DNA of 64,000 nucleotides from an uncultured virus (IMG/VR IMGVR_UViG_3300046517_001084) (lineage: Duplodnaviria; Heunggongvirae; Uroviricota; Caudoviricetes), in the IMG/VR virus record IMGVR_UViG_3300046517_001084, one strand, 5' to 3'. Within the stretch, counting starts at the first letter, position 1; each line of letters opens with the position of its first letter. The notes under the pieces are model-generated. The model saw only the letters and a list, made by a program, of their open reading frames with translations. It was not told where the DNA came from and ran no database searches. A program made the position numbers and the translations under genes. Of the stretch, positions 1 to 8,816 are shown piece by piece.

Positions 1-95
1 ACGAAGCGGTTGACGCGGTAGACGTGAGCGGCCCATCCGTCGGCTACGACCTTCTCGTGCTCTTCGAGCGTCTTGGCGCCGCATTTGCAGTTCAT
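1..95 (-). CDS. Small hypothetical protein, truncated by the window edge (MNCKCGAKTLEEHEKVV...)
   Basis: ATG at 95 preceded by a GGAGG RBS; frame open to the edge. Confidence 0.55.
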   Translation of the reverse strand, partial: MNCKCGAKTLEEHEKVVADGWAAHVYRVNRF

Positions 96-155
96 GGTGT
101 TCCTCCATGGGTGTTGTTGGGGCGGGCGCCCCGCGTTGGGCGGGGCGCGGTGGGG

Positions 156-590
156 TCAGGCCTTCGCGGCGTTGAGTCGCGGGGTCCGCTCGACGGTCCA
201 GCCGCGAGATACGGCTTCGTCGCGGTCGATGCGGGTGTGATGGTCGCAGGCGTACAGGGTGTTGGAGCCCGCGCGGGTCATGACGTGGGTGGCGTGCTGG
301 TTGCAGACCCAGCAGCGGTGGAAGCCTTTCGCGGCGGTCTTGCGCTCGAAGTAGGCGAGCGGGTTGACGCCGTTGCCGCTGTCGTCGATGTCCACGAGCC
401 ACTCGTCGAACAGGTCGTCGCCGAGACGGTTGTGGAGTTCGCTCTGGATCCAGCCGCGCACGAGGGCGGACTCCTGGGTGACGGCCTTGCGCTCGGTGGC
501 CATCCAGGCGAGGCACAGGGCTTCATCGGTGAGCTGGGCGGACATTGCCGCGACCTGGGTCTCTGCCTGCTCGCGCGTCTTGGTGTCCAT
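156..590 (-). CDS. Hypothetical phage protein with C-terminal CxxC...CxxH zinc-binding motif
   Basis: MDTKTREQ start after GGAG; CWVC...ACDHH. Confidence 0.7.
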   Translation of the reverse strand: MDTKTREQAETQVAAMSAQLTDEALCLAWMATERKAVTQESALVRGWIQSELHNRLGDDLFDEWLVDIDDSGNGVNPLAYFERKTAAKGFHRCWVCNQHATHVMTRAGSNTLYACDHHTRIDRDEAVSRGWTVERTPRLNAAKA

Positions 591-614
591 TTCCGTCTCC
601 CCTGCTCGCCGCTT

Positions 615-698
615 GTTTCTGTAATACAAGAATGCTCCCGCTAGGTGGGCTTGTCAACCCTTCAACGCAGATAGATACTGGTTTCTGTAATACAAGAA
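615..698. promoter_or_regulatory. Two copies of the 18-bp operator-like sequence GTTTCTGTAATACAAGAA in a divergent promoter region
   Basis: Identical at 615-632 and 681-698; core TGTA-A-TACA is palindromic. Confidence 0.75.
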
Positions 699-713
699 CC
701 CAAGGAGGAACCA

Positions 714-905
714 GTGGGACGACCCGCCACCGGCCGCACGCCGCCGATCTCATTCCGGCCGCCGCGGCAGCTTTTGAAGGACTTCGACGAAACCATCGAG
801 CCCGGCCGCACCCGATCCGACGTTCTCATCGAGCTCATGCACGAGCGCATCAACAGGACGCAACGCAAGAAGCCCGCCGAGCAGGAGCAGCCCGAAGCGC
901 CGTAG
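714..905 (+). CDS. Ribbon-helix-helix (CopG/Arc-like) DNA-binding protein
   Basis: MGRPATG.TP.ISFR beta strand followed by helices (RTRSDVLIELM); AGGAGG RBS. Confidence 0.7.
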   Translation: MGRPATGRTPPISFRPPRQLLKDFDETIEPGRTRSDVLIELMHERINRTQRKKPAEQEQPEAP

Positions 906-915
906 ACTCGAACAT

Positions 916-1251
916 GTGTCCGATCAGCCGTCTCGTCTCGCCCAGCTCCACTTCCTGCGCCGCTACCTGCTTGGGGAGCTGGCGAAGGTCGACGGCTGGA
1001 TCGCAACCGAAGAAGCGCGCGAGGCCAAGGAGGCCGCCCGACGCGAACCCCCACCGCCCCCGGACTGGGTGATCTCCACCATGAGCAGCGGACGCGGACC
1101 CCTACCCCAAGGCATCCACACCGGCGCCTGCGGCATGGCCCCCGGCAACCGGCGGCCGATCACCCGCGAGCAAGCCCTCGCCGCTCTCGGCGAGGGGATC
1201 CCGGCCTGCGAGTTCTGCCGGCCCGACACCGAACTCGGCTGGCTGGAGTGA
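916..1251 (+). CDS. DUF6233-like protein
   Basis: W...H.G.C...TREQALAAL..G..AC..CRPDT.LG signature. Confidence 0.75.
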   Translation: MSDQPSRLAQLHFLRRYLLGELAKVDGWIATEEAREAKEAARREPPPPPDWVISTMSSGRGPLPQGIHTGACGMAPGNRRPITREQALAALGEGIPACEFCRPDTELGWLE

Positions 1252-1286
1252 ACCCGGCGCCGCACTCTGGGGTGCAGACCTCAGCG

Positions 1287-1325
1287 TGAAGGGGCCCCCG
1301 GGTGGATCTTCGGTGGGCCCCTTCA
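1287..1325. terminator. Hairpin terminator
   Basis: TGAAGGGGCCC...GGGCCCCTTCA inverted repeat after the DUF6233 gene. Confidence 0.6.
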
Positions 1326-1493
1326 TGTGAAGCTACCCCCGCTTCGGCGGGGAGGTGGTTCAGCCTCAGTTGAGGCCCGGTTCCAGCTCGCGGAACACCC
1401 CCGCAGCGGCGGGGAAGATGCCACCGTATCGTCAATTCGCCCCGGCGGTCAGCCACTTAGGGCTGGATCGGAAAAGAATCAAGGGCCACCCCC

Positions 1494-1523
1494 TTGCAAC
1501 TTCGACGTATGTACGTCAAAGTT
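1494..1523 (+). promoter_or_regulatory. Putative promoter with palindromic operator
   Basis: TTGCAA overlapped by AACTTCGACGTA-TG-TACGTCAAAGTT (12-bp arms, 1 mismatch) upstream of an HTH gene. Confidence 0.55.
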
Positions 1524-1550
1524 AAGGCAGAACACAGGGAGGGGAACCCG

Positions 1551-2066
1551 ATGAACACCACCGCCGCCGCACTCGAAGCCCACGTCACCGTCGACACGAT
1601 CCGCACCTGGTGCCGAGCCGGCGCCGTCACAGCCGTGAAGGCCGCCGGCCGCTGGGTCATCGACACCGCCTCCCTCGCCCGCCGCATCGCGATCGGCGCC
1701 ATGCGCACCCGCAAGACCACACCGAAGCCGGTCGTCTTCTCCATCGAGACGATGACCGCGATCGGCGGCAGGCGCTGGCAGAAGAACGACATGGACCGCG
1801 TCTACCTCAACGACTGGGCCGAGTTCGCCGGCATCGAGGTCAGCCGCTACAACACCGGCAACATCAGCTCCGCCTCCTACCAGGGCGACGGCATCAGCAA
1901 CAGCCAGGCCTACAAGCTCCTCGGCAGCATCGACAAGGTCTGGTTCGACGCCGCCGACGGCAAGCTCTACGCCCGCTTCGGCTACAGCGAGTCCCGCGTC
2001 GCCTCCCGCGAAGAGGTGTGGGCCAGCGTCACCTCCGGTATCCGCGCCGCCATCGCCGCCCTCTGA
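1551..2066 (+). CDS. HTH_17/excisionase-like N-terminal domain protein
   Basis: MNTTAAA...VTVDTIRTWCRAG.V.AVK..GRWVID. Confidence 0.75.
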   Translation: MNTTAAALEAHVTVDTIRTWCRAGAVTAVKAAGRWVIDTASLARRIAIGAMRTRKTTPKPVVFSIETMTAIGGRRWQKNDMDRVYLNDWAEFAGIEVSRYNTGNISSASYQGDGISNSQAYKLLGSIDKVWFDAADGKLYARFGYSESRVASREEVWASVTSGIRAAIAAL

Positions 2067-2095
2067 ACTCTCCCTCCCAGAAAGGACCGACCACC

Positions 2096-2665
2096 ATGTC
2101 CTACACGACCACCGGCTACGGCACCTGGTGCAACCGCGTGAACCAGTACAGCACCAGCCCCGACGCCGACGTCCGCGACTTCATCAACGGCGGCGACAAC
2201 TCGTGGCAGACCATGCTTGAGGAGACCGGCGCCCTGGAGGAGATCCAGGACGCCTACCGGCGGGCCATCGATGCCGTGCTGCCGCCCTCGATCTCGTTGT
2301 GCGGCGACGACTTCATCGGCCCCGCCTACCCCGACGCCGACGAGTGGGACGGCTACCCCACAGACGACGAGGGTTCCCCCGTCTTCGAGGAGCTGATCGC
2401 GGACATCGACCTCGGAGAGATCGTCGACCGCTACGACCCGTACACCCTGGAGCAGATCGGACGCGACCTGTTGCAGTCGAAGGCCAAGGACCCCGCCAAG
2501 TCGGCCTCAGGCGTCGTGTCCAAGCTGGGCCTCAAGCCGTTCACCTACTACCGTGACCCCGACTCCAAGCGGCCCCAGGCCCTGTACTACGCCGGGGTCG
2601 TGCGCGAGGCCCTGGCAAAGCGCCCCGGCCAGGGCGCCCGCACGGACCGGGCGGAGGGCCAGTGA
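2096..2665 (+). CDS. Hypothetical protein with C-terminal HTH-like segment ending RPGQGARTD
   Basis: AAAGGA RBS before MSYTTTG; tail motif typical of actinophage DNA-binding proteins. Confidence 0.7.
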   Translation: MSYTTTGYGTWCNRVNQYSTSPDADVRDFINGGDNSWQTMLEETGALEEIQDAYRRAIDAVLPPSISLCGDDFIGPAYPDADEWDGYPTDDEGSPVFEELIADIDLGEIVDRYDPYTLEQIGRDLLQSKAKDPAKSASGVVSKLGLKPFTYYRDPDSKRPQALYYAGVVREALAKRPGQGARTDRAEGQ

Positions 2666-3075
2666 GCAGTGAGACCGCGGCGTCGTTACAGACATGCCAC
2701 GACTGCGGCGACGTCACCCGCACGACATTCAGCCGGTGCGATACGTGCCGCAAGAGGCGGCGCCCGCAGGATCGTAAGCGGTGGCGGGTTCTCTCGCGGG
2801 CGGTGTTTCCCATCGCGCTACGCACCGAGGTTCTGCGCCTCCTGCGCCGGGGCCGGGGGTTCGCGGGGGTCGCCGAGGCGCTCAAGGTCTCCCCTCAGCA
2901 GATCCACGCGTTTGCCTCAATCAATCCGGCTTTCCGAGCCGAACTCGACCAGGCACTGATGGCAGGCCGGGATAAGTCCCTCAGGCATGGGTCGCCGACC
3001 ACGTACCGTCTGCACGGCTGTCGCTGTCCGGAGTGTCGGCGGGCCAAGGCAAAGTCCGGGGCCTGGAAGAGGTGA
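2662..3075 (+). CDS. Hypothetical zinc-finger/HTH protein
   Basis: CxxC..CxxC at the N-terminus and HG..TY..HGCRC.EC motif; GTGA overlap with the previous gene; contains a TTA codon. Confidence 0.6.
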   Translation: MSSETAASLQTCHDCGDVTRTTFSRCDTCRKRRRPQDRKRWRVLSRAVFPIALRTEVLRLLRRGRGFAGVAEALKVSPQQIHAFASINPAFRAELDQALMAGRDKSLRHGSPTTYRLHGCRCPECRRAKAKSGAWKR

Positions 3076-3092
3076 CGAACCAGCCCGGCAGC

Positions 3093-3133
3093 GGCATGAC
3101 GAAAGCGCCCACCCCGAAGGGTGGGCGCAGGGT
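3093..3133. terminator. Convergent hairpin terminator
   Basis: GCGCCCACCC-CGAA-GGGTGGGCGC hairpin flanked by GGCATGACGAAA. Confidence 0.6.
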
Positions 3134-3194
3134 GCTCATCGCCGCGGTAACCGCCGCTCCAGGACCCCGGGGACAGTGTGGCAGGACGGGGGCG

Positions 3195-4169
3195 TCAGCG
3201 CTGGGCGTCGCCGGGAGCGAGCATGCTGGTGAGTTCGGCGATTGCATCCCCAGAGGGCTTGAAGTACTTACGGACGTTCTCCGGCTTCTTGTGCCGAGAC
3301 TTCGCCATCAGCATGAGGAGCGAAGCGCCCTGCTCGCCGAGGTATGTCAGCGAGGAGTGACGGAACTCGTGCGGGTCCCACCCGGTTCCGACGCCGGCCA
3401 CGGCTGTTGCCTCGTCGAGCAGCGCCCGCGCCTGCCCGTAAGACAGTCGGGCAACTCCGGTGTCCGGGCAGAGGTCCCGCTGGCTCACGATCTTTCCGGG
3501 GCCAGGCTTGCGGAAGGTGGTGAAGACCGGCCCGCGTGTGCGGCCCTTCAGGAGCCGCGGCAGTAGTCGGGCCGTGCCGGCGTCCCAGTAGACCGTCTCC
3601 AGGACGAAGTCGTCTCGGGTCTCGCCGCGGCGCCGGGTCTTCGCCTTGGCGCCTTTGGCCTTCACCTGGCATCGGCGTCCGGCGAAGTCGAGGTCTTCGA
3701 TGTTGAGCGCGAGGATCTCGTCCGAGCGTGCGGCCGTTTCGTAGAGCATCCGCCATAGCGTCTTCTCGCGGAGATGGATGTCGCGTCGAGCGATGAGCCG
3801 GTCGATCGCGGCCTTGGACCGTGCCGGGGTGTCGCTGTCGGGTGGCGTGAGGCGTTTCGCCCAAGCGGGAACGGAGGGGCCGTCGTACCCCTTGTCCTGG
3901 CACCAGTTGAGCCAGGACTGCACAGCAGCGCGACGGGCGTTCCATGTGTTGACCGCGCCGGTCCCCCACAGTTGCTCCAGGGTTTCGCCGATCTCGTCGT
4001 TCGACACTGAGTTGAGGGGACGGCCAGCGCCGACGGCTTCGGCTGTCTTGCCGATGCCGATGTTGTAGCTGCGGGCTGTGTTGGGGTTCGGGAGCGAGTC
4101 GAGGTACCGGTCGACTGCCGTCTGGACTGTGAGCGCTTTGCCGGTGGGGAGTTGGACGACCGAGCCCAT
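3195..4169 (-). CDS. Tyrosine recombinase (short Xer/Cre/resolvase type, no obvious arm-binding domain)
   Basis: [10 protein letters not shown] (R), KAKG (K), HEFRHS (HxxR), SRHKK (H), RKYFKP (Y). Confidence 0.9.
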   Translation of the reverse strand: MGSVVQLPTGKALTVQTAVDRYLDSLPNPNTARSYNIGIGKTAEAVGAGRPLNSVSNDEIGETLEQLWGTGAVNTWNARRAAVQSWLNWCQDKGYDGPSVPAWAKRLTPPDSDTPARSKAAIDRLIARRDIHLREKTLWRMLYETAARSDEILALNIEDLDFAGRRCQVKAKGAKAKTRRRGETRDDFVLETVYWDAGTARLLPRLLKGRTRGPVFTTFRKPGPGKIVSQRDLCPDTGVARLSYGQARALLDEATAVAGVGTGWDPHEFRHSSLTYLGEQGASLLMLMAKSRHKKPENVRKYFKPSGDAIAELTSMLAPGDAQR

Positions 4170-4244
4170 GATTCTCCTTGCCGCAGATAACGGGGTCGCC
4201 TCGCGCACTCGCCGGATCCCGTCCCCCCAGCTCGCGTTAGGCCG

Positions 4245-4275
4245 TACCGCAGATAATAGGGCATTATCTGCGGTA
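4245..4275. promoter_or_regulatory. lox/dif-like palindrome, candidate recombination core site
   Basis: TACCGCAGATAAT-AGGGC-ATTATCTGCGGTA with perfect 13-bp arms; extra half-site CCGCAGATAA at 4181-4190. Confidence 0.65.
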
Positions 4276-4284
4276 GGTTGAGGC

Positions 4285-4545
4285 ATGGCCTACAACATGA
4301 ACGCTCTGCGGGAAGCGGCCGACCGGAGCAGCCTGCCCTTCGAGTACCTCTCGCGGCTCGCGTCGGCCGAGGACTTCGATCCTCAAGACCCCGAGGGCAA
4401 CACGACGTTGGCGAAGCAGTTGACCATCGTCTTCGATCACTACGTCGCAAAGTGCCTCGCGTCAGCGGACCCTGTGGCCGCACTTCGCCATGCGGGCTTT
4501 ACCGAAGCCGCGGACGCGCTGGTCGTCGATGGGGAGCAGCGCTGA
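4285..4545 (+). CDS. Hypothetical protein
   Basis: 86-aa ORF divergent from the recombinase and followed by a hairpin. Confidence 0.55.
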   Translation: MAYNMNALREAADRSSLPFEYLSRLASAEDFDPQDPEGNTTLAKQLTIVFDHYVAKCLASADPVAALRHAGFTEAADALVVDGEQR

Positions 4546-4567
4546 GCAGACAACGGCACAGCGAAGC

Positions 4568-4600
4568 GGCCCCGCCCTCCGAAGAGGACGGGGTCTTTCG
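4568..4600 (+). terminator. Hairpin terminator
   Basis: GGCCCCGCCCTC-CGAA-GAGGACGGGGTC then TTTCG. Confidence 0.6.
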
Positions 4601-4688
4601 TTACGGATCGGCCACAACTGTCCAACTTCCCCTCAGCCGCTGCTGCTTCCCGGCGCTACCGTCGACCAACACGGCCCAAGGGGGACTC

Positions 4689-5312
4689 ATGCGCACCACC
4701 TGTCGGACGGCACTCGCCGTCCTCGTTTTCTGTCTGCCACTCGCCGCATGCAGCTCCGGCAGCGACAGCAAGCCCGCCGGCAAGACGTCCGGCCCGGCAT
4801 CTGCAGCGTCGACGCCAGCTCCCCCGTCTGTCCTCGCGCTGGGTACTGCGGCGCAGACGGAGGGGGCGGAGCATCCGGTCGACGGGCCCGGCGGCGGAGT
4901 CCTGGAGATCACGCCGACCACGGTCGTGTACACGAAGACCGGGTCCGGGCAGACGCCTGCGAACGGCCTGTTCGTCACCGTCGCATACAAGGCCCGCTCG
5001 ACGACTGCGGTCGCGGCGGCTCAGGCCGCACCCATCGACGGCGGCGGCTGGCAATGGGTCGCACCGAACGGACAGGCAGTCGATACGCTGCGCGGGAATG
5101 CGTCGAGCGTCACCCCGGACGGCTTCACTGGCGCCGGACCAGTACAGCCAGGGTCTTTTCAGTGGCGGTCCGTCACTGTCGACATCACCGAGGCTCAGCG
5201 CGGCGGCACGGTCCTCTATATCGACGGTGCCCACCACTCGTTCCAGTGGAAGCTGCCCGCGCAGGACACCGGGCCGGAAGCCGGCGCACTGAAGAAGGCG
5301 CTCGGGGCATGA
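4689..5312 (+). CDS. Lipoprotein (moron-like; possible superinfection exclusion)
   Basis: Signal peptide with lipobox LAAC, Ser/Pro linker and beta-rich domain. Confidence 0.75.
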   Translation: MRTTCRTALAVLVFCLPLAACSSGSDSKPAGKTSGPASAASTPAPPSVLALGTAAQTEGAEHPVDGPGGGVLEITPTTVVYTKTGSGQTPANGLFVTVAYKARSTTAVAAAQAAPIDGGGWQWVAPNGQAVDTLRGNASSVTPDGFTGAGPVQPGSFQWRSVTVDITEAQRGGTVLYIDGAHHSFQWKLPAQDTGPEAGALKKALGA

Positions 5313-5347
5313 CGAAAGCCCCCTCCCGCAGGAGGGGGCAGGGTCAG
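5306..5347. terminator. Convergent terminator ending the late operon
   Basis: GCCCCCTCC-CGCA-GGAGGGGGC hairpin. Confidence 0.6.
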
Positions 5348-5502
5348 GCGAGGGGTAGCGCCGTACTCATATCGACGGCAGGGGCGAGCTGTGGCGGGGG
5401 TGTGGGCTGTGGGTCGAGGACGCCGATGTCGACGAGGGTGCCCGCGTCCGCCGCGCCGGGGTCCGGCGGTACGGGGCGTTGCCGGGGAGGGCGGTCAGCC
5501 AT
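5344..5502 (-). CDS. Small Pro-rich hypothetical protein (MADRPPRQRP...)
   Basis: 52-aa ORF after the lysis genes with upstream GGAG; below the ORF-track cut-off. Confidence 0.4.
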   Translation of the reverse strand: MADRPPRQRPVPPDPGAADAGTLVDIGVLDPQPTPPPQLAPAVDMSTALPLA

Positions 5503-5519
5503 GAAAAAGCACTCCAGTT

Positions 5520-5876
5520 CTATACGCCAATGTCGTCGAGGTATTGGCGGACCTCGGTCGGCATCGGTTGAGGCGGTGCGGGCGGCTCGATGCCGGTGCG
5601 CCGCATGTCGCTGTACAGGCCGCGTACCCAGCCCGTCAGGTAGCGGATCGCGAAGTCCTGCCCCGCGAGACGTTTGCGCTGCTCGCGGGCTTCGGCCTTC
5701 TGCTCGCCGAGCTCGCTCTTCACGTTCTTCAGGTCGACGCGGAGCTCCTTCACGATGGTCGTGAAGTCATCCCGGTTCTCCTGCCGCCGGGTCCGCCTCG
5801 CTGATCGGGCACCCCACGCGGCGAATCCGCCAGTGGCAACGGCCGCCAGAACGGAAGCGATGGCGTCAGGACTCAT
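5520..5876 (-). CDS. Lysis-cassette membrane protein (N-terminal TM plus coiled coil)
   Basis: Hydrophobic N-terminus and heptad region; position after the holin. Confidence 0.7.
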   Translation of the reverse strand: MSPDAIASVLAAVATGGFAAWGARSARRTRRQENRDDFTTIVKELRVDLKNVKSELGEQKAEAREQRKRLAGQDFAIRYLTGWVRGLYSDMRRTGIEPPAPPQPMPTEVRQYLDDIGV

Positions 5877-6324
5877 AGGGCGGCCCTACTCTCTTACGCC
5901 GGGGAGGCTCGCTCCACCCGGCCACAACGAGCACCGGGACAGCGAGCGCGCCATAGACCGCTGCCGCAACCCACCCCCGTTCGAACTGATCCAGCGGCCA
6001 CCAGGCCACCAAGTACGACAGCATCCAGGCGAACGCCAGCAGTGGCAGAGCGAAGAACCCGCCCCAGTCGAAGCCCTGCTTGGCGAACGCCGACACCACG
6101 GCAATCGCCCCGGCGGCGATCCAGCACCAGCCCCAGGCGTGCAGCGGCATGAGGCTGAGCAGCATCGTCAGACCGCGCCGATCCACCTGCGGGGATATCA
6201 ACTGGCCGTAGCCGATGACCGCCCAGATGATGCCGTAGGACAGCAGGCACGCCCCGCGGCGCCCCAACTGCCGGGCCAGGCGGCGCAGCAGACGGATCGG
6301 GGCTCGCAGGATCCGGCAGCGCAC
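5866..6324 (-). CDS. Lysis-cassette multi-pass membrane protein
   Basis: About four Trp-rich hydrophobic helices; start overlaps the holin stop. Confidence 0.7.
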   Translation of the reverse strand: MRCRILRAPIRLLRRLARQLGRRGACLLSYGIIWAVIGYGQLISPQVDRRGLTMLLSLMPLHAWGWCWIAAGAIAVVSAFAKQGFDWGGFFALPLLAFAWMLSYLVAWWPLDQFERGWVAAAVYGALAVPVLVVAGWSEPPRRKRVGPPYES

Positions 6325-6650
6325 TACACCGCCGTCGGCTGCGAACCAGCCGTAACCAGGCTGTCCTGCGCCTTGCCAGAGACGCCGGTCGGCTTCCACA
6401 GGCCGAAGTGCGACAGGACGCCGGTCGCGAAGGAGATACCCCACAGCACGACGGCGGTGCCGATGCTGTACCCGGACGGGTGCGGGCCGGCGAGCTCGAC
6501 GAGGAAACCGTTCGCCGCGGTCAGGAGCAGCAGCAGGACGGCTTTGGCGCCCGGGGCGGTGACTCTGGTGGTGACGAGGCCGACGAGGACCGGCAGGACC
6601 ACGCTGATCGCGAGGCCCAGCCAGTACGCCGAGTCGAGATGAACCTGCAT
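6324..6650 (-). CDS. Holin
   Basis: 108 aa with about three TM segments, directly after the endolysin; AAGGAG RBS. Confidence 0.7.
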   Translation of the reverse strand: MQVHLDSAYWLGLAISVVLPVLVGLVTTRVTAPGAKAVLLLLLTAANGFLVELAGPHPSGYSIGTAVVLWGISFATGVLSHFGLWKPTGVSGKAQDSLVTAGSQPTAV

Positions 6651-6661
6651 GACGGGCTCCT

Positions 6662-7531
6662 TCAGCTTTCGAGGCGCTTGGCTTGGACGTCGGCGACCGC
6701 GTTGGCGATGGCCGTGATCTGGTCCGGGGTGAGTCCAGTCGTGGTGAGCGAGCCGACCTTGGCGGTCAGGTCGGTGACCTGCTTGGCGAGGGCGTCGAGC
6801 CGGGTGTTCTGACCGGCATGGACGGAGTCCATCCACGTGATGGCCGCGCCCGCCCGGACGGGCTTGCCCGAGCCGGGTGCTTCGGTGTGGGACCAGACGG
6901 CGTTGGCGATTTCGTCTGCGGTGGGCATGACGTCCTCCTGGGGTTGTGTTCCAAGGGCCCACGCGCGGAGGTCCGCGGTGGTGGCGAGGTGGCAGTAATC
7001 GCGGTCGAGGCCGCCCGCTTCGCTGTACTGGTGGAACAGCCACGGGTCGGAGATGCCGGGGTCGCCGGCGTTGCGTCCGGCGGTGGCGATCCACAGGAAG
7101 TCCGCGCTGTACGAGCTGGTGTCGACGTTGCGCCAGTAGTCGATGTTTGCGTAGACGCCGACCCGGTTGTTCGGGAGGCGGCTCTTCACGTACCGGAGCC
7201 ACGCGTCCTTGTACGCGGCCTGCGTCGACCTGGGTACGCCCGTGTTGGCCTTGTCGTAGCCCTCCCAGTCGAGGACGACGAGGTCGCCGGGCTGCCACGC
7301 GACCTGAGACAGGAAGTAATCCGCCTCGGCCTGGACGCTGTTGCCCATGTTCGGATAGTGGTATCCGCCCCACACCAGGCCGTTCGCCTTCGCGTGGTCG
7401 CGCTGGGTGACCCAGTTCGGGTTGACGTAGGAGAGTCCCTGCGTGACCTTGACGAAGGCGAAGGACAGGCCGCTCGTGTCCGGCTGCGACGACTGGTACG
7501 ACGCCCAGTCCTGGCCGTAGATCCCTGTCAT
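6662..7531 (-). CDS. Endolysin, GH25 muramidase
   Basis: GQDWASYQ, FAFVKVTQG, GYHY, VLDWE, LWIA, HQYS motifs. Confidence 0.9.
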   Translation of the reverse strand: MTGIYGQDWASYQSSQPDTSGLSFAFVKVTQGLSYVNPNWVTQRDHAKANGLVWGGYHYPNMGNSVQAEADYFLSQVAWQPGDLVVLDWEGYDKANTGVPRSTQAAYKDAWLRYVKSRLPNNRVGVYANIDYWRNVDTSSYSADFLWIATAGRNAGDPGISDPWLFHQYSEAGGLDRDYCHLATTADLRAWALGTQPQEDVMPTADEIANAVWSHTEAPGSGKPVRAGAAITWMDSVHAGQNTRLDALAKQVTDLTAKVGSLTTTGLTPDQITAIANAVADVQAKRLES

Positions 7532-7995
7532 GCGGCCCTCCAGGATGCACCGGTAACGACATCGCTCACACAACTCGGATCTATGCCGAACACTTCGGCG
7601 AGCATGCGTTGCGTGATGATTCCGATCGCGCATTCGTCACGGATCGTCTGAGCGTCAGCCTCGGTCAGCTTGGCAGCGAAGTGTCCACTCCCGTGCTGCT
7701 GCCGCCCTTTGGCGACCATGTCCGCACTGTTCGTAGCCTTCGTTCCGGGCGCTAGGCAGCGTTCCCAGTTGACGCAGGCTGGCTTGTCGCAGCGATGCAT
7801 GACCACGGGCGGTTCGTAGCCGTGCATCTGGAGGAAGATCCAGCGATGAGCCTTGACCACCCTGGCGCCGTCCCAGAATTTTCCGTAGCCCGACTCGTTC
7901 AGCGACGCTCGCCATATGCGGCATCCGTCGTCGTCTTCCGTCCACTTGCTGTGAAAGCGCGCAAGATGGCGCTCGGTTCGACTGTCGAAGGTCAT
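7528..7995 (-). CDS. HNH (His-Me finger) homing-type endonuclease with C-terminal HTH
   Basis: C..W.....GYG...AHR...MHRCDKPACVN...GT...N..DM..KGR; AKLTE...QRMLAEVFGI. Confidence 0.85.
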   Translation of the reverse strand: MTFDSRTERHLARFHSKWTEDDDGCRIWRASLNESGYGKFWDGARVVKAHRWIFLQMHGYEPPVVMHRCDKPACVNWERCLAPGTKATNSADMVAKGRQQHGSGHFAAKLTEADAQTIRDECAIGIITQRMLAEVFGIDPSCVSDVVTGASWRAA

Positions 7996-7997
7996 GG

Positions 7998-8762
7998 TCA
8001 GGCTGCCTTGGCGGTAGTCCAGGCGGGGACGGTGACGTCGCCCTGCTGGGACAGGAGCCAGCGCAAGTCGGGGGTGGTGAAGTAGGCGGAGCCGTCGATG
8101 CCCCAGCCGGTGCCCCACGAGTTGGTGATCCAGTAGTCGCCCGTGGAGGCGTCGTACTGGTTCAGCTCGATTTCGTGGCCGCCTGCGACGCCGGAGGCGC
8201 GGACGACGGGGATGCGGCCGTCGCCGTCCGTGTCGAACATGCTGTTCAGCCACGGTATGCCGATCATCACCGGGCCGGACTGGAGCGCGGAGGTGAGTGC
8301 GGGCAGCGAGAATGCGTGGCTGTAGCCCGTCGCCAGGCCCAGTGTGCGCAGCGCCTTGGCGACCCCGAGGCCGCTGGAGCCGGTGTCGGTCGGCGGGTAG
8401 TGGCCGGGGACCGAGTCCAGGAGCGTCGCCAGCGAGTACAGGCGGACCGCGAAGTCCTCATCCGGGGCGTACAACCCCGGAGTGAAGATCCCTCGCGATG
8501 CTCGTGCCGCGCCCACCGCGATTTCCACCGACGTCAGCCCCGTCCGGGCTGCCGAATCGGTGCCGATCAAGCCCGTGCCCGCATTGCCGGTACAGCTACC
8601 GAGCTGCCCCTGATCAAGAACCGGGGTGCGGCGCGTCCAGGAAACCGACCGGATCGCCGTCTTCGGCAGCACCCCGTGCGCGTAGCCAAGAGAGCGCGGG
8701 TCGTGCTCGACATGACGGCCGCCCGGAAACCGGCCGCCAGTCGTCAGAAGTTCCACATACAT
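7998..8762 (-). CDS. Papain-like (C1) cysteine peptidase
   Basis: [10 protein letters not shown] (Q, C), GGH (H), NSWGTGWG (N). Confidence 0.85.
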   Translation of the reverse strand: MYVELLTTGGRFPGGRHVEHDPRSLGYAHGVLPKTAIRSVSWTRRTPVLDQGQLGSCTGNAGTGLIGTDSAARTGLTSVEIAVGAARASRGIFTPGLYAPDEDFAVRLYSLATLLDSVPGHYPPTDTGSSGLGVAKALRTLGLATGYSHAFSLPALTSALQSGPVMIGIPWLNSMFDTDGDGRIPVVRASGVAGGHEIELNQYDASTGDYWITNSWGTGWGIDGSAYFTTPDLRWLLSQQGDVTVPAWTTAKAA

Positions 8763-8816
8763 GGCGCCCCCAGGGCATGAAAAAAGCCCCAGGCGGGGCA
8801 AGTTGGGCGGGATGGA

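Noticed and set aside
3195..4169. Recombinase as the prophage integrase marking attL/attR
   Set aside because: Phage-like genes continue on both sides, no tRNA or host gene is adjacent, and no arm-binding domain is evident
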